Positions 22,866 to 35,390 of a stretch of DNA of 64,000 nt are shown piece after piece. How positions within the stretch are numbered: the stretch's first letter is position 1; each line of letters opens with the position of its first letter. Location: assembly GCA_950097015.1 (NCBI GenBank), contig CATNEN010000002.1, positions 9,238,001-9,302,000 on the forward strand. Direction: 5' to 3'. Under the pieces are notes generated by a model that searched no databases, had not been told where the DNA came from, and was given only the letters and a program-made list of their open reading frames with translations. Source of the DNA: Macrostomum hystrix. Taxonomy: Eukaryota; Animalia; Platyhelminthes. Both the position numbers and the translations under genes were made by a program.

Positions 22866-25800
22866 TCAATGACTGCCTGAGTTGTACAGCAGCATGCGTA
22901 GCAGCCTTTGTACATCTGACTTGTCTTCATGGGCTGTTTGTTGTTGCTGCTGCTGCTGCTGCTGTTGCAGGTATTGCTGCTGCTGCTGCTGCCTTGCTAA
23001 ATTCTGAAGGCCTCGATTTTTCAACTCTGGGGACTGTAAAATAAGTCGTGAGGTTGACTAGATTTGAGTCTAGATTTGAGTCTAGATTTGAGTCTAGATT
23101 TGAGTCTAGATTTGAGTTTAGATTTGAGTCTAGATTTGAGTCTAGATTTGAGTCTAGATTTGAGTCTAGATTTGAGTCTAGATTTGAGTTTAGATTTGAG
23201 TCTAGATTTGAGTTTAGATTTGAGTCTAGATTTGAGTTTAGATTTGAGTCTAGATTTGAGTTTAGATTTGAGTCTAGATTTGAGTTTAGATTTGAGTCTA
23301 GATTTGAGTTTAGATTTGAGTCTAGATTTGAGTTTAGATTTGAGTCTAGATTTGAGTCTAGATTTGAGTCTAGATTTGAACATACTGAGTTTACATTTGA
23401 GTCTAGATTTGATTCTAGATTTGAGTTCATATTTGAGTTTAGATTTGAGTCTAGATTTGAGTCTAGATTTGAGTTTAGATTTGAGTCTAGACTTGAGTCT
23501 AGATTTGAGTCTAGATTTGAGTCTAGATTTGAGTCTAGATTTGAGTCTAGATTTGAGTCTAGATTTGAGTCTAGATTTAAGTTCATATTTGAGTTTAGAT
23601 TTGAGTCACGTGACTCACCTGCATCTCCTGCACCTGGCGCCGCTTCAACGCCATCAGGCTGTCGCCCCGGGCTTCCACCTGGTCGATCTGGTCGATGAGG
23701 GCCGCCAGCTGGGCGGTTGACCGGCGCCGCGGCTCGGCGGAGCTGTCGCCAAGGCCGGAGTCTGACTCGCTGCCGGCCACCTGAGGGGCCAGAAGCAGTT
23801 CGGGATTAATTTTAGAGGGGCCGGTAGAACAATGTGCTCAGTTGTGCTCAGGAAATCCGTTTTCCAATGAAAAGGAAAGTGAAAATTAATCATTGCCATA
23901 TATGCAAAGATAGAGCATTGTGATTGTTTAAATGTTTGCATGCATGGACTCAGCATATTTTGCAACCTACAAGTAGAGCAAGTTGGTATATAAAATATTG
24001 AGAAAATACGATTTCAGATTACAAATGATTTTAGGAAAAGTGGGCCCTCAGGAGTTATGGGTTTTCAGATATTTATGGGATTTATATGGGATGTCTTAAT
24101 ATATGGGATTTCTGAATATATGGGATTTCTGAATATATGGGATTTCTGAATATATGGGATTTCTGAATATATGGGATTTCTGAATATATGGGATTTCTGA
24201 ATATATGGGATTTCTGAATATATAGGATTTCTGAATATATGGGATTTCTGAATATATGGGATTTCTGAATATATGGGATTTCTTAATATATGGAATTTCT
24301 GAATATATGGGATTTCTGAATATATGGGATTTCTGAATATTTGGGATCTCTTAATTTGTGGGATTTCGTAAAATATGGGATTTCGATAGAGTTCGAATTG
24401 CTGGAATTAAATTTCCTAACCGAAAGATATGTTTTTTTATTAATGGAGAATGAAATCTAATAATATGAGATTTAATAATATGGGATTAAATAATATGGGA
24501 TTTAATAATATGAGATTTAATAATATGAGATTAAATATTATGGGATTTAATAATATGGGACTTATTAATATGGGATTTAATAATATGGGATTTAATAATA
24601 AGAGATTTATTAATATGGGATTTAATAATATGAGATTTATTAATATGGGATTTAATAATATGAGATTCAATAATATGGGATTTATTAATATGGGACTTAT
24701 TAATATGGGATTTAATAATATGGGATTTAATAATATGAGATTTATTAATATGGGATTTAATAATATGAGATTTAATAATATGAGATTTATTAATATGGGA
24801 TTTATTAATATGGGATTTAATAATATGAGATTCAATAATATGGGATTTAATAATATGAGATTTAATAATATGGGATTTATTAATATGAGATTTATTAATA
24901 TGGGATTTAATAATATGAGATTTATTAATATGGGATTTAATAATATGAGATTTATTAATATGGGATTTAATAATATGAGATTCAATAATATGGGATTTAT
25001 TAATATGGGACTTATTAATATGGGATTTAATAATATGGGATTTAATAATATGAGATTTATTAATATGGGATTTAATAATATGAGATTCAATAATATGGGA
25101 TTTATTAATATGGGATTTAATAATATAGGATTTAATAATATGAGATTTATTAATATGGGATTTAATAATATGAGATTTAATAACATGAGATTAAATATTA
25201 TGGGATTTAATAATATGGGATTTAATAATATGGGATTTAATAATATGGGATTCAATAATATGAGATTTAATAATATGAGATTATGGGATTTAATAATATG
25301 GGATTTAATAACATGGGATGAAAATATCTTTCAAAGCGCCGAGCTGTACCGCACGCACAGCAACCAAAAGCAAAATGCCTGCACCAAGCAGTATCGCATT
25401 CAACACAGTCTGCTGAGCCGTGGCTGCGGTCACCTCTCTGGCCAGGTAGAGCCGGGCCTCGCATTCAGTCAGCTTCTCGATTGCCACCTGCAACTCGCGC
25501 CGCAGCCGGCCGACCTCCGCCTGCAGCTGCCGGCCGTCCAGGCGGCTGGCCTTCAGCCGGGCGTGCAGCTCCGCGATCGTCAAGGCCGGGTGCGACTCAT
25601 CGTCTGGAGCGACCAGCGCAACCAGCGCGACATCCCCTTCTGGGATCTTTTTGTAGCGTCAGCGTGGTGATGGGGATCGTTTCAAAATGTCTTCCCCATT
25701 GCCAAATAATGAGGACTTTACTGTAGACTTTAAGCCAGCGAGAAGGCGATTCTGCCCATTCCGTTGACCCCTGCGAAAACACATAAATGTCCAGGGATAT

Positions 25801-28800
25801 CCCAGATCCCACCCTGGTCTCTAAGAATCCCTGATCCCATCCTGGTCTCTAAGAATCCCTGATCCCACCCTGGTCTCTAAGAATCCCTGATCCCATCTTA
25901 GTCTCTAAGAATCCCTGATCCCATCTTAATCTTTTAGAATCCCTGATCCCGTCTTGGTCTCTAAGAATCCCTGATCCCATCTTAGTCTCTAGGAATCCCT
26001 GTTCCCACCCTGGTCTCTAAGAATCCCTGATCCCACCCATGGTCTCTAAGAATCCCAGATCCCACCCTGGTCTCTAAGAATCCCTGATCCCATCCTGGTC
26101 TCTAAGAATCCCTGATCCCACCCTGGTCTCTAAGAATCCCTGATCCCATCTTAGTCTCTAAGAATCCCTGATCCCATCTTAATCTTTTAGAATCCCTGAT
26201 CCCGTCTTGGTCTCTAAGAATCCCTGATCCCATCTTAGTCTCTAGGAATCCCTGTTCCCACCCTGGTCTCTAAGAATCCCAGATCCCACCCTGGTCTCTA
26301 AGAATCCCTGATCCCACCCTGGTCTCTAAGAATCCCTGATCCCACCCTGGTCTCTAAGAATCCCTGATCCCACCCTGGTCTCTAAGAATCCCTGATCCCA
26401 CACGTGGTCTCCTAGAATCCCTGATTCAACATGACTCTAAGAATCCTTGATCCCGTCTTGGTCTCTAAGAATCCCTGATCCCACACATGGTCTCTAAGAA
26501 TCCCAGATCCCACCCTGGTCTCTAAGAATCCCTGATCCCACCCTGGTCTCTAAGAATCCCTGATCCCATCTTAGTCTCTAAGAATCCCTGATCCCAACTG
26601 GCTCTGAGCCTCACCTGGAAGTCGGTGCGCAAGGATTCGGCCAAGTCTCGCAGCTGCCTGGCAACCACCGGCGCTGACGCCGCCGCAGCCGCCTCCGATG
26701 CTGCGCCCAGCCGTCGGCGCAGCGACCGATTTTCTACCGCTGCCCGGCCGAGTGTCGCCGCCGCCGCAGCAGCCGTCCTCGCCGACTTGGCCTCGGACTG
26801 GCGCGCCCGTTCCACTTCGTCGGCGAGACGTCGGCACCGCTCGCTGCGTCGCGCAGCGTCGGATCGCGCCGCCTGCAGCTCCGCTTGGAGCCGGGCCAGG
26901 CCGCTCTCCAAGCTGCCCAGCTGGCTGCGCAGCTCCGCGTTGGCCGCGCCCAGCTGCCTGACGTCCTCGCGGCCCGCCGCCACCTGCTCGGCCCAGGCCT
27001 CCCAGCCAGACTGCGACTCCTGGAGTCGGCCGAGGTCATCCTGAAGGAAACGTGTTCAGGTTAATGGATTTCGATACAAGATTCGAATGAAAGGTAATGC
27101 GCCACGAATAGAAAGAAGGTCATGGGAACTGGATGAAAGGTCATGGGCATTTAATGAAAGGTCATGGGCATTTAATGAAAGGTCATGGGCATTTAATGAA
27201 AGGTCATGGGTCAGGAATGAAAGGTCATGGGTATTTAATGAAAGGTCATGGGTATTTAATGAAAGGTCATGGGTATTTAATGAAAGGTCATGGGTCAGGA
27301 ATGAAAGGTCATGGGTATTTAATGAAAGGTCATGGGTATTTAATGAAAGGTCATGCGTATTTAATGAAAGGTCATGGGCATTTAATGAAAGGTCATGCGT
27401 ATTTAATGAAAGTTCGTGGGTATTTAATGAAAGGTCATGGGTAAGGAATGAAAGGCTAGTTAATGAAATGTCATGGGTCAGGAATGAAATGTCATGGGTA
27501 AGGAATGAAAGGTCATGGGTAAGGAATGAAAGGTCATGTGTAAGGAATGAAAGGTCATGGGTAAGGAATGAAAGGTCATGTGTAAGGAATGAAAGGTCAT
27601 GGGTAAGGAATGAAAGGTCATGTGTAAGGAATGAAAGGTCATGGGTAAGGAATGAAAGGTCATGTGTAAAGAATGAAAGGTCATGGGTAAGGAATGAAAG
27701 GTCATTTGTTGCTGTCTCACCTGCAGGCGGCTCAGCCGCTGACCCTGGCCCGCTCGCTCCGCCTCGCTGCGCTCCAGTAGCCGCCTCAGCTGCGCATTCT
27801 GTACCTTCGCCGACTCCAAGCCCAGCGACACGGACAGCAGCGCCTCCTCGCTGGCTCGCTCGCCGTCAGCGGCCCGCTCCTCGGCCTCTTCAACTAAGCG
27901 ACGTCGATCGAGCTCGTCCCGAGCCGCTCTGCGCCGCAGAGCCTCGGCGTCGGCGCGCAGATCCGCCACCGCCTGCGACATCGCGCCGACGGCCAGCGCC
28001 GCGGCAGGGCCCGAAGGAGTCATAGCCGGCGGCGCCTCCAGCTCTTCGCCAAGTCGACCGCCGTCGTCGCCGACAGCGGGACGCGACTCGGCCAGCAGCA
28101 AGCGGCGCTGCATCTCCTGAAGGCTGCGCTCCAGTCTGCTGGCGCGCTGATTTGCCCGCTCCAACTCGGAGTCCAGCGAGCCCTGCCGCGAGGCCGTCGG
28201 TGACTCCGACCTGCTGTTAGTGAGGCCGCAAGCAAAGTGAGCACATGGCTCAGAGACAACTGATAGTGGACTGCTCAGTGCTGCAGTCTCGTACAAAGAG
28301 GAAGCGGTAAAACAGGTGAACTGTGAGATCCATGAACTGTGAGATCCGTGAACTGTGAGATCCGTGAACTGTGAGATCCGTGAACTGTGAGATCCGTGAA
28401 CTGTGAGATCCGTGAACTGTGAGATCCGTGAACTTTGAGATCCGTGAACTGTGAGATCCGTGAACTGTGAGATCCGTGAACTGTGAGATCCGTGAACTGT
28501 GAGATCCGTGAACTGTGAGATCCGTGAACTGTGAGATCCGTGAACTGTGAGATCCGTGAACTGTGAGATCCGTGAACTGTGAGATCCGTGAACTGTGAGA
28601 TCCGTGAACTGTGAGAAGCACTCACTCCGCCCCATCAGCTCTCTGGGACTCCAGCTGCCGCCTGAAAGTCGCGCTCAGCCGCTGCTCAGCTCGAAGCTCC
28701 TCGCGAGCCTCGGCCAGCTCGTCGGTCGTCTCGGTGGCCCTCAGGGCCAGGTCGGCACGCTCTCGCTCTGCCTGGCGCAACCGCTGCTCGGCGCCGCGCA

Positions 28801-31800
28801 GCCTCTCCGTCAGGCGCGCGTTCTCCGCCCGAAGGCGCACCACGGCCTCGCCAGCGGACTGCGTGGGGCTCTTTGAGTCGTCGTCCAGAGCCGTCGTTTC
28901 CCCAGCGGCGCTTCGGCTCGGCTGGGCTGCGGCTGCGGCGGCGTTTGCCGAGGCACCTTCCAACTCGTCATCGTCACCGTCGACTAAGCCCGGATGCAGG
29001 GAGCCGCCGAGAACACCGTTGATGTACGAGCCGACTGGAGTTGTGCTGGGCAGACTGCGGGCGGGGCATGCGGGCTTGCCTGCTGCTGCCGCTGATGCTG
29101 CTTCTACCACTGCCTATTCTGCTGCTTCTACCACTGCTCATTCTGCTGCTTCTACCACTGCCAATTCTGCTGCTTCTACCACTGCCCATTCTGCTGCTTC
29201 TACCACTGCCCATTCTGCTGCTTCTACCACTGCCTATTCTGCTGCTTCTACCACTGCCAATTCTGCTGCTTCTACCACTGCCCATTCTGCTGCTTCTACC
29301 ACTGCTCATTCTGCTGCTTCTACCACTGCCAATTCTGCTGCTTCTACCACTGCCCATTCTGCTGCTTCTACCACTGCCTATTCTGCTGCTTCTACCACTG
29401 CCCATTCTGCTGCTTCTACCACTGCCCATTCTGCTGCTTCTACCACTGCCTATTCTGCTGCTTCTACCACTGCCCATTCTGCTGCTTCTACCACTGCCCA
29501 TTCTGCTGCTTCTACCACTGCCCATTCTGCTGCTTCTACCACTGCCAATTCTGCTGCTTCTAGCCCTTCCAAGTCTGGAATCCCGTGTTTTATCTCGGCT
29601 TCTCACCCAACATCACCGCGGCCCCGTCCGGTGCTGGTTGCGTCGCTCTCGGCAGTCAGGGAGCGGCGACTGTAGTCGGCGTACAGCTGCGGCTGCTGTG
29701 CGTGCAAAGTTTCGGCGAAGTTGCCCGAGCGCCGCGATTTCCGCGGATCGTTCATGCTCAGCTGAATGCTGCGATTGGGCAGTAATTTCAGCCAATCAGA
29801 TTTCACAGAAGTCACGTGACTGGAAAAAGGACATCAAGCGCTTACCCCATGGCGGCATTGTCGATACCATCGTAGGCTCTCTGAAATGTAAATATTTTTA
29901 ACGGATTGGAAACAATGGTATGTTTAAGCAGGCTAATCCTGAGACCTGTTTGTCTGCTTGCTTTAGCTTTCCTGCAATCTCAGGACTCAACCTCACCGAA
30001 ATATCCAACGAACTCAAGGTCCGTTGTTCACTTTAGCAGCTGTAGATCTAGTCCAAATCCCAGCCCAGGCTTAGTGTCGCCTAGAGTCCCACACAAAACC
30101 CCACACCCGGTACCACCCAGCCATACGCCACCCCACCCACTCCAACAAGCAGTCCAACGAAAAAGTACAGGCTTAGTCCCACTCAAGGTTCACAATCGGC
30201 ACCAACCACAATCCCACAGTGAGTCACACACGAATTCCAGCACTTAGCAGCACATGCAGTCCCGCTGTCAGTACCACAGCAAGTACACACCCAGTCCCAC
30301 ACGCAGTCCCTCACGCAGTCCCTAACGAAGTCCCATACGCAGTCTCACACCAAGTCCCACAGGCAGTCCCTAACGAAGTCCCATATCCTGTCCCACACGC
30401 AGTCCCACACCCAGTCTCCAACGAAGTCCCACAGGCAGTCCTCACCCAACTCACTCTGCTGCCGGGCCCTTTCCTCAGTCGCTGCCTGCCGCTTCCAGGA
30501 GCAGCGGGTGCAGCCAGCAGTAGGGTGCTGCGAGCCAGCATTGCGGCTGTTTCTGCTGCCAGGAAAATTCACTGCTCAAACACTGAGCTGTGAGTACTCT
30601 GAGACTATGAGCTAGGGCGACTAGAACAGCTTCTCGTTTTTCTATCTCATTTTTCCGACTATCAGGCCAAGCAATAAACACTAAGGAGACTGAATAGAGT
30701 GGAGGTGAGGTGGAGGTGAGTAGAAACAGTTTAAATGAGCAGACAACAACACAATGGAGCTGAACCCACCGGCCCAGCCAGAAAGAAAATAGTTAGAGTA
30801 GCCCAGCTGAGACCACTGCTCAGACTCAAAACCCACTTGGCCAGAGCAGTTCTGGACACCTGCCTACAGTGCGCTCAATGGCAGAGCTGCTATAGTTTGT
30901 AATGTACACCTGGCTACAGTTTGTAGTGCCTATTGCTCGCTGCTAGCTGAGATAAAAAAATAAGCTGCATTCAGCTCGAATGCGGGACAATAAAAAACTC
31001 GACCGGAAATATGGCAGCGCGATTTAGTGCACAGCACTTTCAGGGCATATCACCCATTCGGTAAAAGTTTTTACAAATCTACTACAGCTCACACATCCCA
31101 CAGCTCACAGATCCCACAGCTCACAACAGATCCACACCTCACAACAGATCCCACAGCTCACAGATCCCACAGCTCACAGATCCCACAGCTTCCCAGATCC
31201 CACAGCTCACAGATCCCACAGCTCACAGATCCAACAGCTCACAGATCCCACAGCTCACAGATCCCACATCTCACAGATCCCACAGCTCACAGATCCCACA
31301 GCTCACAGATCCCACATCTCACAGATCCCACAGCTTCCAGATCCCACAGCTCACAGATCCCACAGCTCACAGATCCCACAGCTCACAGATCCCACAGCTC
31401 ACAGATCCAACAGCTCACAGATCCCACAGCTCACAGATCCCACATCTCACAGATCCCACAGCTCACAACAGATCCACACCACACAACAGATCCACACCAT
31501 TCACAGATCCCACAGCTCACAGATCCCACAGCTCACAGATCCCACAGCTCACAGATCCCACAACTTCCAGATCTCACAGCTCACAGATCCCACAGCTTCC
31601 AGATCCCACAGCTCACAGATCCCACATCTCACAGCTCCCACAGCTCACAGATCCCACAGCTTCCAGATCCCACAGCTCACAGATCCCACAGCTCACAGAT
31701 CCCACAGCTCACAGATCCCACAGCTCACAGATCCCACAGTTCCCAGATCCCACAGTTCCCAGATCCCACAGCTCACAAACAGAACCTACAGGCAGCAGGC

Positions 31801-31888
31801 GGCTCACGCCAGCGAAGGGCCGCAGGTCGTCCTCCGTCATGCTCAGCAGGTTCCGCTGCCGCCACCGGCTCCGCCTGAAATCCAGCAT
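22866..31888 (-). CDS. Coiled-coil protein of about 753 aa, possibly a divergent CEP89 (CCDC123) centriole distal-appendage protein
   Basis: Exons 31777-31888, 30455-30555, 29607-29761, 28626-29045, 27721-28213, 26615-27040, 25722-25770, 25434-25639, 23619-23780, 22866-23003 join in frame (2262 nt). Long heptad-rich stretches and a C-terminal polyQ. The N-terminus MLDFRRSR...RLLPVGSV...AAMLARSTL resembles my recollection of human CEP89 (MLLGFRRGR...GLLPAASV...AAAILATTL) and the length is similar. The gene model is well supported; the orthology is tentative. Confidence 0.7.
23055..23605. repeat. 12-bp minisatellite (tagatttgagtc), about 45 copies, coiled-coil gene intron 9
   Basis: Direct inspection. 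Confidence 0.96.
24100..24350. repeat. 17-bp minisatellite (tatatgggatttctgaa), about 14 copies, coiled-coil gene intron 8
   Basis: Direct inspection. Confidence 0.94.
24455..25320. repeat. 15-bp minisatellite (taatatgggatttaa), about 57 copies, coiled-coil gene intron 8
   Basis: Direct inspection. Confidence 0.96.
25795..26600. repeat. 28-bp minisatellite (gatcccaccctggtctctaagaatccct), about 29 copies, coiled-coil gene intron 6
   Basis: Direct inspection. Confidence 0.96.
27110..27705. repeat. 21-bp minisatellite (aatgaaaggtcatgggtattt / aggaatgaaaggtcatgggta), about 28 copies, intron 5
   Basis: Direct inspection. Confidence 0.95.
28318..28617. repeat. 16-bp minisatellite (gaactgtgagatccgt), about 19 near-perfect copies, intron 4
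   Basis: Direct inspection. Confidence 0.96.
29095..29560. repeat. 24-bp minisatellite (ctgctgcttctaccactgcccatt), about 19 copies, intron 3
   Basis: Direct inspection. TAG-containing variants close the gene's frame, so it is intronic. Confidence 0.94.
30280..30445. repeat. Degenerate repeat with an (a)gtccc core, intron 2
   Basis: Recurring cagtccc/aagtccc at roughly 12-bp spacing. Confidence 0.65.
31085..31775. repeat. 16-bp minisatellite (cacagctcacagatcc), about 43 copies, intron 1
   Basis: Direct inspection. It abuts the exon-1 donor. Confidence 0.95.
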
Positions 31889-32494
31889 GGCCAGGTTCTG
31901 CAGGCCGCCAGCGCTGGGCGGAGCGAAGCCGCCGCCGCCAAAGCCGCCGCCGCCGAAGCCGCCTGAAGGCAGGTGACTTGGCGGCCGGCTGAGCCGCGGG
32001 AAGTTCTCCAACTCCGCGAAGCTCCCCGACGCTGCGACTGGTCGGCGAAGTGCAAATTAGTCGGCGGGAGCGGCAGTTTCTCTGGTTCTCAGCCTCGGGA
32101 GCTCTGAAGGTCGCGGACGGGTCTACGCCCCGACTGAGCATGTGTGATTCCTCTGCCCAGCCCACGCGTATTTGCACAGTTTTTGAACGCCGGCCTGGGG
32201 CTGCGGAGGTCGCCGGAATTGCAAAATCCCATTTCCTCCCCCTACTCACCCAGTCAACTCCCAGAATTGGAATTGTGCGAGAAAGGAAAATCTCTAACCC
32301 AACCTGAAAATCAATAATTTATGGCGGTGGCGGATTCGCTGTGGCCATTGCTGCAGTCAATCTACTGCTTGCAAAGCAGCACTCGGAGATCAGTCAATTA
32401 GAAATATCACGCAGCGAATCACGACAAAGTAAGGGTAAAAAGTAACTCCACGTGCAAATATGCGCAGCAGCTTCAAAAAGCTCAGAAACTAGTA

Positions 32495-33460
32495 ACCGTA
32501 GCTGTGGAACCGCCGCAGAAAGCGTAGCTGTGGAACCGCAGCAGAAAGCGTAGCTGTGGAACCGCAGCAGAAAGCGTAGCTGTGGAACCGCAGCAGAAAG
32601 CGTAGCTGTGGAACCGCAGCAGAAAGCGTAGCTTTTATAAATCGCAGCAGTTACCGTAGCGAAGGAATCGCAGGAGGAATCCTAGCGATGGAATCGCAGC
32701 AAAGACCGTAGCTATGAAATACAGTAAATACAGTAGTGATGGAATTACAAGAGGAGCAACGTTGCGATGGAACCGCAGCAAGTATCGTAGCGATGGAACC
32801 GCAGCAAGCACTGTAGTGATTGAATCGCAGCGAGTACCGTAGCTATGGAATCGCAGCAAGTAGTATCGTAGCTATGGAATCGCAGCAAGTATTGTAGCTA
32901 CGGAATCGCAGCAAGCATTGTAGCTATGGAATTGCAGCAAGCACTGTAGCGTTGGAATCGTAGCGAGTACCGTAGCGATGGAATCGCAGCAAAGACCATA
33001 ACGATGGAACCGCAGCAAAGACCATAACGATGGAATCGCAGCAAAGACCATAACGATGGAACCGCAGCAAAGACCTAAACGATGGAACCGCAGCAGACCA
33101 TAACGATGGAATCGCAGCAAAGACCATAACGATGGAATCGCAGCAAGTATCGCAGCGATGGAATCGCAGCAAAGACCATAACGATGGAATCGCAGCAAGT
33201 ATCGCAGCGATGGAATCGCAGCAAAGACCATAACGATGGAATCGCAGCAAGTATCGCAGCGATGGAATCGCAGCAAAGACCATAACGATGGAATCGCAGC
33301 AAGTATCGCAGCGATGGAATCGCAGCAAAGACCATAAAGATGGAATCGCAGCAAAAACCATAACGATGGAATCGCAGCAAAGACCATAACGATGGAATCG
33401 CAGCAAGTATCGCAGCGATGGAATCGCAGCAAAGACCATAACGATGGAATAGCAGCAGGA
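32495..33460. repeat. Compound 26-bp minisatellite (cgtagctgtggaaccgcagcagaaag x5, then gatggaatcgcagcaaagaccataac / gcaagtatcgcagc variants) upstream of the coiled-coil gene
   Basis: Direct inspection; shared ggaa(c/t)cgcagca core. Confidence 0.92.
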
Positions 33461-34104
33461 ATGATAGCTATGGAAAATAGTTAGCAGCAAATTCACAAAC
33501 TGATTAAACAATTGTCATATGCAAATGAAGCAAGCATCGGACAGAATGCTTGTTAGGTTCTTTCGATACGCTCGTGACGCCATTATATTTCGATATCTGT
33601 TTCTTAACACGACGCGAATTGAATTTCAGTAGGAGGTAAATTTCGCGTTTGCGCAAAGGATTTCTTGAAAGGACTCAAAGTATTCTCTTATTTAGCATTG
33701 GAAATAATGAATTTGAGACTACCATGCATGTAAGTTGAGCCTACAATTGTCGGACAATCTCAAAGCACAGAGCAGATGATAGAAGCGGTTTCAACATTTT
33801 CATTTACACTTTTTTAATATAAAATTCAGCGAAATTTTCTAAATAAAATACCAGATGAATTGAAACTGAATGCGATTCATCGTCAGCAATGGGTCTCTGG
33901 TTGGGCAGGTATAAAAATTAAAAGTACAACAACACTTTGCAGCCCTGGTTGCGTACAGGAGCGCATTAATAAGAAGCTGGGGTGAGCGAGCCACTGACAA
34001 ACAGGGCCTCACAACACCTCAACGGCGGCAATACAGATGTTATTCGAATAGTTAAAACTCGACAGGGCAGCAGGAGACGATGATTGCGAGTTTAGAGTGA
34101 TCAA

Positions 34105-34620
34105 CCATTCATGAGCAGTCCGAACCATTCATGAGCAGTCCGAACCATTCATGAGCAGTCCGAACCATTCTTGAGCAGTCCGAACCATTCTTGAGCAGTC
34201 CGAACCATTCTTGAGCAGTCCGAACCATTCTTGAGCAGTCCGAACCATTCATGAGCAGTCCGAACCATTCTTGAGCAGTCCGAACCATTCTTGAGCAGTC
34301 CGAACCATTCATGAGCAGTCCGAACCATTCTTGAGCAGTCCGAACCATTCATGAGCAGTCCGAACCATTCTTGAGCAGTCCGAACCATTCATGAGCAGTC
34401 CGAACCATTCTTGAGCAGTCCGAACCATTCTTGAGCAGTCCGAACCATTCTTGAGCAGTCCGAACCATTCTTGAGCAGTCCGAACCATTCTTGAGCAGTC
34501 CGAACCATTCTTGAGCAGTCCGAACCATTCTTGAGCAGCCCGAACCATTCTTGAGCAGTCCGAACCATTCTTGAGCAGTCCGAACCATTCTTGAGCAGTC
34601 CGAACCATTCTTGAGCAGTC
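34105..34620. repeat. 20-bp minisatellite (accattcttgagcagtccga), about 26 copies
   Basis: Direct inspection; nearly perfect, with t/a variants. Confidence 0.96.
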
Positions 34621-35390
34621 CTAATTCTTACCGAGCAGTCTAAACTCAGACCACAAAGACGAGTCTCAAAATCATGCCACTTTCTGAAAAGGAAGATTTT
34701 CTATAATACTGCCAAATCTTAAAAAAGCAAACAGACCAAACTGAAAGAGGCAAAGAAGCGGATACAGATAAGCGCAGGGGTTGAGGCTGAGGGTCCGACG
34801 CGGACTCGCTTACGGCGGAAGCGGTTTCTTTTTGATCGCGCGAAACAGACCGACACGATGGAGGGGTCAATAAAAAATAAAATCATCAAGAGCAACCCGG
34901 GCCGACTGCTCAAAGCAAACTTCAGTGAAAGAAAAAGAAAGCATAAAACAATACAAAGAATCTCATTTTTTCAATCGCAAACAAATACTCAAACGAAAGC
35001 TGAGCGAGAGCGGGTTGCGTGGGGGCCGATACGCATAATTACACACCAACTTGCGCCCAATTTATATAGATAGACCGACTGGGTCTATCTATATAACGGA
35101 AAAATGAAATGTCACTCCGCCGCTCACTTGTGATCACAGAACTTGCAACCATTGGGACAGCAACCTCACTGGGGACAGCGTGGGGCAATGACTGCGAGAT
35201 AGGGATTGCAGTGGCTAGCAACTAGGGATTATTGAGGCTTGCAGCTGGGAATTATTGTGGGGACTATTGACGCTAGCCACGAGGGATTATTGTGTCTGTC
35301 CAATTGAAAAGTCCTTGAATAGCTACTGGCAGTAGGCTGGTGAGCAGTTGTTAGCCCTAAAAATTTCCCCTTCAAAACCGAGCCCGACTG

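Noticed and set aside
25305-25433. Apparent C-terminal transmembrane segment (LLGAGILLLVAV) suggesting a tail-anchored protein
   Set aside because: It lies after a GAG|gtgacc donor at 25434 that joins in frame to further exons, so it is probably intronic. An alternative isoform cannot be excluded.
25655-25665. In-frame TGA suggesting readthrough or selenocysteine in the coiled-coil gene
   Set aside because: It is explained by an 82-nt intron (25640-25721); the TGA is part of the CTGAC branch-point motif.
22927-25670. Leucine-repeat ORFs (SLDL, NLDS, LLNPI, FNNMG)
   Set aside because: Translations of 12- and 15-bp intronic arrays, not LRR proteins.
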